In this document: piece by piece, positions 50,269 through 54,732 of the stretch
Position numbering within the stretch: the first letter of the stretch is position 1
Layout: each line of letters begins with the position of its first letter
Source: Methylophaga sp.
GTDB lineage: Bacteria > Pseudomonadota > Gammaproteobacteria > Nitrosococcales > Methylophagaceae
Direction of reading: 5' to 3'
DNA length: 54,732 nucleotides
Assembly: GCA_032250995.1 (NCBI GenBank)
Contig: JAVVFF010000001.1
Location: forward strand, 1 to 54,732
The notes under the pieces: model-generated
What the model was told of the DNA's origin: nothing
Seen by the model: only the letters and a program-made list of their open reading frames with translations
Database searches by the model: none
Program-made: the position numbers and the translations under genes

Positions 50269-51525
50269 TCAGGAAGATTGTTTAGCGGTGGTTTTTTTAT
50301 CGTCTTTGGCGGTCTCGTTTTGCCGCGCACTATCCAGATTCAGCAGTTTCTTACTGTTGCTGGCTGGCTTAACAATAAAATCCCTGTCCATAGTGAAAAA
50401 CGATTCGCAACCATCTTCGGTAATATGAAGGGTGTCAGAAATACCGCAAGTTTTGTCACCATCAACACCCCACATCCACGGAATAATATGGAAGGTCATG
50501 CCCGGTTTCAGTACCGCGGACTCACCTTGTTTGAGGCTGACGATATAGCCCTCATCCCAACTGGGTGGAAAAGCAATACCAATGGAATATCCCGAACGGG
50601 TCACCAGGCGCGCACCAATATCGTTTTTAGTGATGATATTGCGGATCATATTGTCGGCATCCGAGACAGTCATGCCCGGCTGAAAATTGTTATGCACGGC
50701 ATCCAGCGCCATTTTCATAATCTCCTGCGCTTTATACATTGATGAGCTGAGTTTACCGAGCACAATCGTGCGCATCATCGCCGTATGATAACGCCGGTAA
50801 CAACCGCCCACTTCCAGAAAAACATGCTCATCGGGCTGCACGACACGGCCTTCCCAGGTTGCATGACCAATCATGGTCCGTGGGCCGGAAGTGACATATG
50901 GCATTACCGCAGGTGGCTCACCACCGGCTTTGAACATGGCAGAACTAATTGCCGCGCCAATCTCATTTTCAGTGACACCGGCTTCAGTGACGTCAATACC
51001 CGCCTGCATACCCGCCTCAGTAGCTCTCGCGGCATTTTGCATCAGGGCAATCTCCAGCGGTGACTTGCAGACCCGGCCTTCTTCGACAATACCAAAACAA
51101 TCCAGCAATTTACCGTCGGTCAGCGTGGTATGAATGCAATCCTGATGATAAGCTGGGAAGAAATAGCTGTTACGCTCATAACCAATACGTTTTTTATCCA
51201 GACCAAATTCACGCAGCGCATCCACCAGCATCTGAATGGCATCACCGGTATCCGGATACGGCCGGGTGATCTCCACCCAGGTGCGGTGAATCACATTGGA
51301 TTCTTCCAGCTTACGGGTGATCATAAACGGCTCATCTTCAAGCGGTACGACCAGCGCCTGAAAGAAGGAATACCCGGTGGTCTGATAATCGGTCAGATAC
51401 ATGATATTTTCCGGGTCGGAAATCACCACCGCATCCATAAAGCGCTCGGCTATCCGCTCACGCAATTCACTTAATCGTCGTTCATATTCTTCAAACGGGA
51501 AGGTCATATCATCGCGATGTCTCAT
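50269..51525 (-). CDS. doeA: Ectoine hydrolase (M24 peptidase fold)
   Basis: F..EEY..RL, DPEN..YLT.Y, H.TW, E.GGC.RRYH..M.RT, R.GYSIGI.FPP.W.E, L.PGMTFH; the standard M24 metal ligands are replaced as in DoeA/EutD. Confidence 0.88.
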   Translation of the reverse strand: MRHRDDMTFPFEEYERRLSELRERIAERFMDAVVISDPENIMYLTDYQTTGYSFFQALVVPLEDEPFMITRKLEESNVIHRTWVEITRPYPDTGDAIQMLVDALREFGLDKKRIGYERNSYFFPAYHQDCIHTTLTDGKLLDCFGIVEEGRVCKSPLEIALMQNAARATEAGMQAGIDVTEAGVTENEIGAAISSAMFKAGGEPPAVMPYVTSGPRTMIGHATWEGRVVQPDEHVFLEVGGCYRRYHTAMMRTIVLGKLSSSMYKAQEIMKMALDAVHNNFQPGMTVSDADNMIRNIITKNDIGARLVTRSGYSIGIAFPPSWDEGYIVSLKQGESAVLKPGMTFHIIPWMWGVDGDKTCGISDTLHITEDGCESFFTMDRDFIVKPASNSKKLLNLDSARQNETAKDDKKTTAKQSS

Positions 51526-52799
51526 GCTGCCTCCCGCATCATCACATTATCTGTGGCTTTAATCAGAATTTGCAGGCCTTCCTGCAAATCGGCCTCAGGC
51601 GTGGTCAACGGCGGGATCAATTTCACCACCCTACCACCGGTACCACAACTGGCAATTATCAGACCGGATTCAAAACACTGACTGACAATTTCTTTGGCAC
51701 GCTCACCATTACCGACATCAAGGCCCAGGATCATACCTTTACCGGTCAGATTGACCTGAGGATGTCGATCCACCAATGGCTGCAAACTGTCCGCCATCAT
51801 AGCGCCATGAGCTTTAACGGTTTGCATCAGTTCATCATCATCAAAATAAGTCAGCGCCTGATCGCCGGCAATAAACGAGATATTCTGGCCGCGGAAAGTG
51901 CCGGTATGTTCGCCCGGTGACCAATGCTGGTCGTGTTCGGGTTTGACCAGATTCATGGCCATCGGCGTGCCCAGACCACCAATACCTTTGGCAAGACAAA
52001 TAATATCGGGATCCAGATCCAAATCATCAAAACTGAAAAACGATCCGGTACGGCCAACACCCACCTGAATATCATCAACAATCAGCAAGGCATCAACCTC
52101 TTTGGCCAGTGTCGCCAATGCCTGCAGCCAGCCTTTTTCGGCGACTTTAACACCGCCTTCGGCTTGGATGGTTTCCAGTAAAAACGCCGCCGGCGGGACA
52201 ATACCGCTGGAGCTATCAGCATAAATAGCGCGCAGCTGTTCGATGCTTTGCATGCCACAACCGAGCTCACAGCCCGGACAAACCGTTTCGCAACCGAACG
52301 GAAAATGTTTGACATAATTCAAAGGTACGCCAGCAGCATTACGAAAATATTGATTGGCGGTGGCGCTCAGCGCCCCAAGGGTCATGCCATGAAAACCATG
52401 GCTGAAAGCAACAATATCCTGCCGACCGGTCACCCGCCGCGCCAGTTTCATTGCAGCTTCGACGCCATTGGTGCCCGTCGGACCCATAAACTGCATTTTG
52501 TGCGGCATATTGCGCGGTTCTAGAATGGTCTTGGTGAAATGTTCCATATATTGCCGTTTGGCCGTGGTATGCATATCAAGACTATGCGTTACGCCATTGG
52601 CCTGGATATAGGCGATCACCGCATCCGTCATTCGCTGATTGTTATGGCCGAAATTCAGCACACCGGCACCGGCAAAAAAGTCGATATATTCACGACCATT
52701 TTCATCAATCTGCCGGGCATTCAACGCTTTATCAAACACCACCGGATAAACCCGGCAATAAGCCCGAATTGCCGATTCTCGTTGTTCAAAAATACTCAT
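51522..52799 (-). CDS. doeD: Diaminobutyrate aminotransferase (class III PLP, EctB-like; DoeD by context)
   Basis: IFEQRES.IR.YCR..P, IDFFAGAG.LN.GHN, GPTGTN.VEAA, DDIQ.G.GRTG, LAKG, W.PGEH.GTFRG. Confidence 0.85.
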   Translation of the reverse strand: MSIFEQRESAIRAYCRVYPVVFDKALNARQIDENGREYIDFFAGAGVLNFGHNNQRMTDAVIAYIQANGVTHSLDMHTTAKRQYMEHFTKTILEPRNMPHKMQFMGPTGTNGVEAAMKLARRVTGRQDIVAFSHGFHGMTLGALSATANQYFRNAAGVPLNYVKHFPFGCETVCPGCELGCGMQSIEQLRAIYADSSSGIVPPAAFLLETIQAEGGVKVAEKGWLQALATLAKEVDALLIVDDIQVGVGRTGSFFSFDDLDLDPDIICLAKGIGGLGTPMAMNLVKPEHDQHWSPGEHTGTFRGQNISFIAGDQALTYFDDDELMQTVKAHGAMMADSLQPLVDRHPQVNLTGKGMILGLDVGNGERAKEIVSQCFESGLIIASCGTGGRVVKLIPPLTTPEADLQEGLQILIKATDNVMMREAA

Positions 52800-52818
52800 T
52801 TATTTCTCCTCAGGTATT

Positions 52819-54003
52819 TCACGTCTTACCGACGCTGGGCAGTTCCTCCGGAACGGGTGCGCCACAAAGGCGCGAAAACAAAGCAGTGACCAACGGAATG
52901 AGCCGGTCGTTAAAATCATAAAGTGGACTGTGACATGACGCCTGATGCTCTGGACCATCATCACTACCAATCAGCGCAAAAGCACCGGGAATTTCCTGCA
53001 GGTAATAACTAAAGTCTTCGGAGGCCATAATCGGCAAGCGAATATCACTGTGCACCCCATCAAAGCCAAACAAAATCTGCCATTGTTCACGCACCTGCAA
53101 AGCCTGCTGGGCGTGGTTAATAGTGGCTTCATAACGTGGATAAATATTAACCTCGCAATGCACACCGTAACTGGCCGCAGTCTGTTGACTGATTTCAGTG
53201 ATAAGACCGTTAACTATTTCCCGAGTTGCTTTATCAGAAACACGGATACTGCCGCCAATTTTGGCCTGTTGAGGAATCACTGTCGGTGCGCTGGGCGCTT
53301 CAATAGAGGTCACACTCACCACAGCGGCCTGTTGTGGTGGCAAACGCCGGCTGATGATTTGCTGCAAATTCAAGGTAATGGCACTGGCTGCCAATACCGG
53401 ATCCCGGCACAGTTCCGGCTGACTGGCATGGCCGCCAAGGCCGTCAACAATTAATTCAAATGTGCCATTACCACACATCACAATGTCATCAGGGCAAACC
53501 AATTTACCAAACGGGATGGCTGGCCAGTTATGCCAGCCATAGATCGCATCAACTCCTTCCAAAGCGCCATCGGCAATCATTTCCCGGGCGCCATGGCCAC
53601 CTTCTTCTGCCGGCTGGAAAATTAAGGTTACCGGACCAGGTAAAAGCTGTTCGTGCAGTTTCAGCCAACGCGCGGTGGCCATCAGGGTGGCCGTATGTCC
53701 ATCATGACCGCAGGCATGCATGCAGCCTGCATGCAGAGAGGTCCAGTTTTTTTGGGTATTTTCATTGATTGGCAACGCGTCAATATCACCCCGCAGCGCG
53801 ATGTGCGGGCCTTTACCAGTTGGATTCAACCAAGCCAGCGTGCCAGTACCGGCGCAGGCACGCCAGTTAATATTAAGCGTGCTGAGCATATCGCGGATGC
53901 GATCTGCGGTGCGGTATTCCTGCCAGCCCAACTCAGGATGCGCGTGTAAATCACGACGTAACACTTCAGCGTTGGTGATGGTTTCCTGCCAGACATCTGA
54001 CAT
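52819..54003 (-). CDS. doeB: M20D amidohydrolase (N-alpha-acetyl-diaminobutyrate deacetylase DoeB by context)
   Basis: RRDLHAHPEL, LRGDIDAL, MHACGHDGH, FQPAEE, SEDFS, H...YDF; first gene of the doe cluster. Confidence 0.8.
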   Translation of the reverse strand: MSDVWQETITNAEVLRRDLHAHPELGWQEYRTADRIRDMLSTLNINWRACAGTGTLAWLNPTGKGPHIALRGDIDALPINENTQKNWTSLHAGCMHACGHDGHTATLMATARWLKLHEQLLPGPVTLIFQPAEEGGHGAREMIADGALEGVDAIYGWHNWPAIPFGKLVCPDDIVMCGNGTFELIVDGLGGHASQPELCRDPVLAASAITLNLQQIISRRLPPQQAAVVSVTSIEAPSAPTVIPQQAKIGGSIRVSDKATREIVNGLITEISQQTAASYGVHCEVNIYPRYEATINHAQQALQVREQWQILFGFDGVHSDIRLPIMASEDFSYYLQEIPGAFALIGSDDGPEHQASCHSPLYDFNDRLIPLVTALFSRLCGAPVPEELPSVGKT

Positions 54004-54356
54004 GGCCCCTCCCCCTGATAAGGATCGCAAAGCACGATCCAGTAATAACTATGCAACATTACACTGTAAAAAATTTCAACGTATTGCAAGCAAAAAAATC
54101 AGCTTTGCAGTCATGCTGATTTATTGACCCTTAAAATAGCTGGCTTTGCAGACCTTATCTGCGGCATTAAAAGGGGTTTACTAATGAATGCTAATACGGT
54201 GATCGGCGAATGAAATTTTACCGTGACTTGAGGCTTTTTAAGACTTATAAAGTGGCTTACGATTCCGTCAAAATTTGAGCAGCCTCTTGGTAAGCCTTTC
54301 TAAGTAAATAAATTTTCGTTTTTACAAGCCGTTATCAAAACATTGCTAACCCGTTT

Positions 54357-54732
54357 TTACCAATATTTTTCAATACTGATATTGCCCGCTTCACGGCGAC
54401 TGTGCCGGGTCAGACCGCGCGCTAATAACACCTCGGTCGTTTCCTGCACCATCGCCGGATTGCCGCACAACAACACCTGACTGTCTTTATCAATTTCAAT
54501 ACCCAATGCCGGCTCGAGTTGATCGTCTTCAATAAGCTGAGGAATACGACCACTTAGCGCATTTGGCGCAGCTTCGCGACTGACTATCGGCTGATAACGA
54601 AATTGTCCGGCATGTGCTGCCTCAACATCAGCAATGGTATCCTGATAGCTGAGTTCTTCGGCAAACCGCACAGCATGCACCAGACGAACCTGCTTAAATT
54701 GTTGCCAGACTTGAGTTGTTTTAATAATCGAC
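54357..54732 (-). CDS. fpr: Ferredoxin--NADP+ reductase (3' part; 5' end outside window)
   Basis: LVHAVR...ELSY, VSRE, GRIP, LCGNPAMV, EKYW C-terminus; frame open to the window edge. Confidence 0.93.
   Translation of the reverse strand, partial: SIIKTTQVWQQFKQVRLVHAVRFAEELSYQDTIADVEAAHAGQFRYQPIVSREAAPNALSGRIPQLIEDDQLEPALGIEIDKDSQVLLCGNPAMVQETTEVLLARGLTRHSRREAGNISIEKYW

Noticed and set aside
50041-50742. 233-aa + strand ORF
   Set aside because: Antisense shadow of doeA/doeC with no recognisable motifs; the same applies to the other short antisense ORFs in the track.
51522-52799. Biosynthetic ectB
   Set aside because: No ectA or ectC nearby; it is flanked by the catabolic deacetylase and ectoine hydrolase.
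54004-54356. Sigma-54 promoter or EnuR box upstream of doeB
   Set aside because: No TGGCAC-N5-TTGC or convincing inverted repeat found by eye; only short GCTTTGCAG direct repeats.

Overview
Gammaproteobacterial chromosome segment. Gene content suggests a halotolerant methylotroph such as Methylophaga, but that is inference. (1) 1-5.4 kb is an accessory block on the - strand: a ModE with only its DNA-binding domain, a stand-alone TiaS-like (GIDDTD) catalytic domain, a small ECF-S-component-like membrane protein, a TonB-dependent receptor, and a TupA-like periplasmic binding protein. It has two good ModE-box matches, one inside the receptor's signal-peptide codons. It ends at a tRNA-Ser 3'-end fragment with an IHF site, which looks like an att site. 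This block is the best candidate for an undescribed system: Mo/W-regulated uptake and ATP-dependent processing of an unknown ligand. (2) 5.4-37 kb is mostly core genes: a GGDEF/EAL protein, SRP RNA-dnaX (with an E. coli-type -1 frameshift cassette)-ybaB-recR, HDOD, aat-bpt-infA, dsbB, roxA, NfeD/SPFH, CsiV, purine salvage, a Btu/Fec-type ABC transporter, ldtD-mepK, trhO, ggt, TatD, MoxR-DUF58-TgpA, tcdA, an EpmC-like protein, a YbaK-family protein and dbpA. (3) 37-45 kb is an accessory stretch with four disrupted genes. (4) 45-54.7 kb holds pqiABC, the ectoine-degradation operon doeBDAC and a partial fpr. No CRISPR array, rRNA, intact tRNA, transposase or integrase was recognised. All family calls come from motif recognition by eye, with no database searches.
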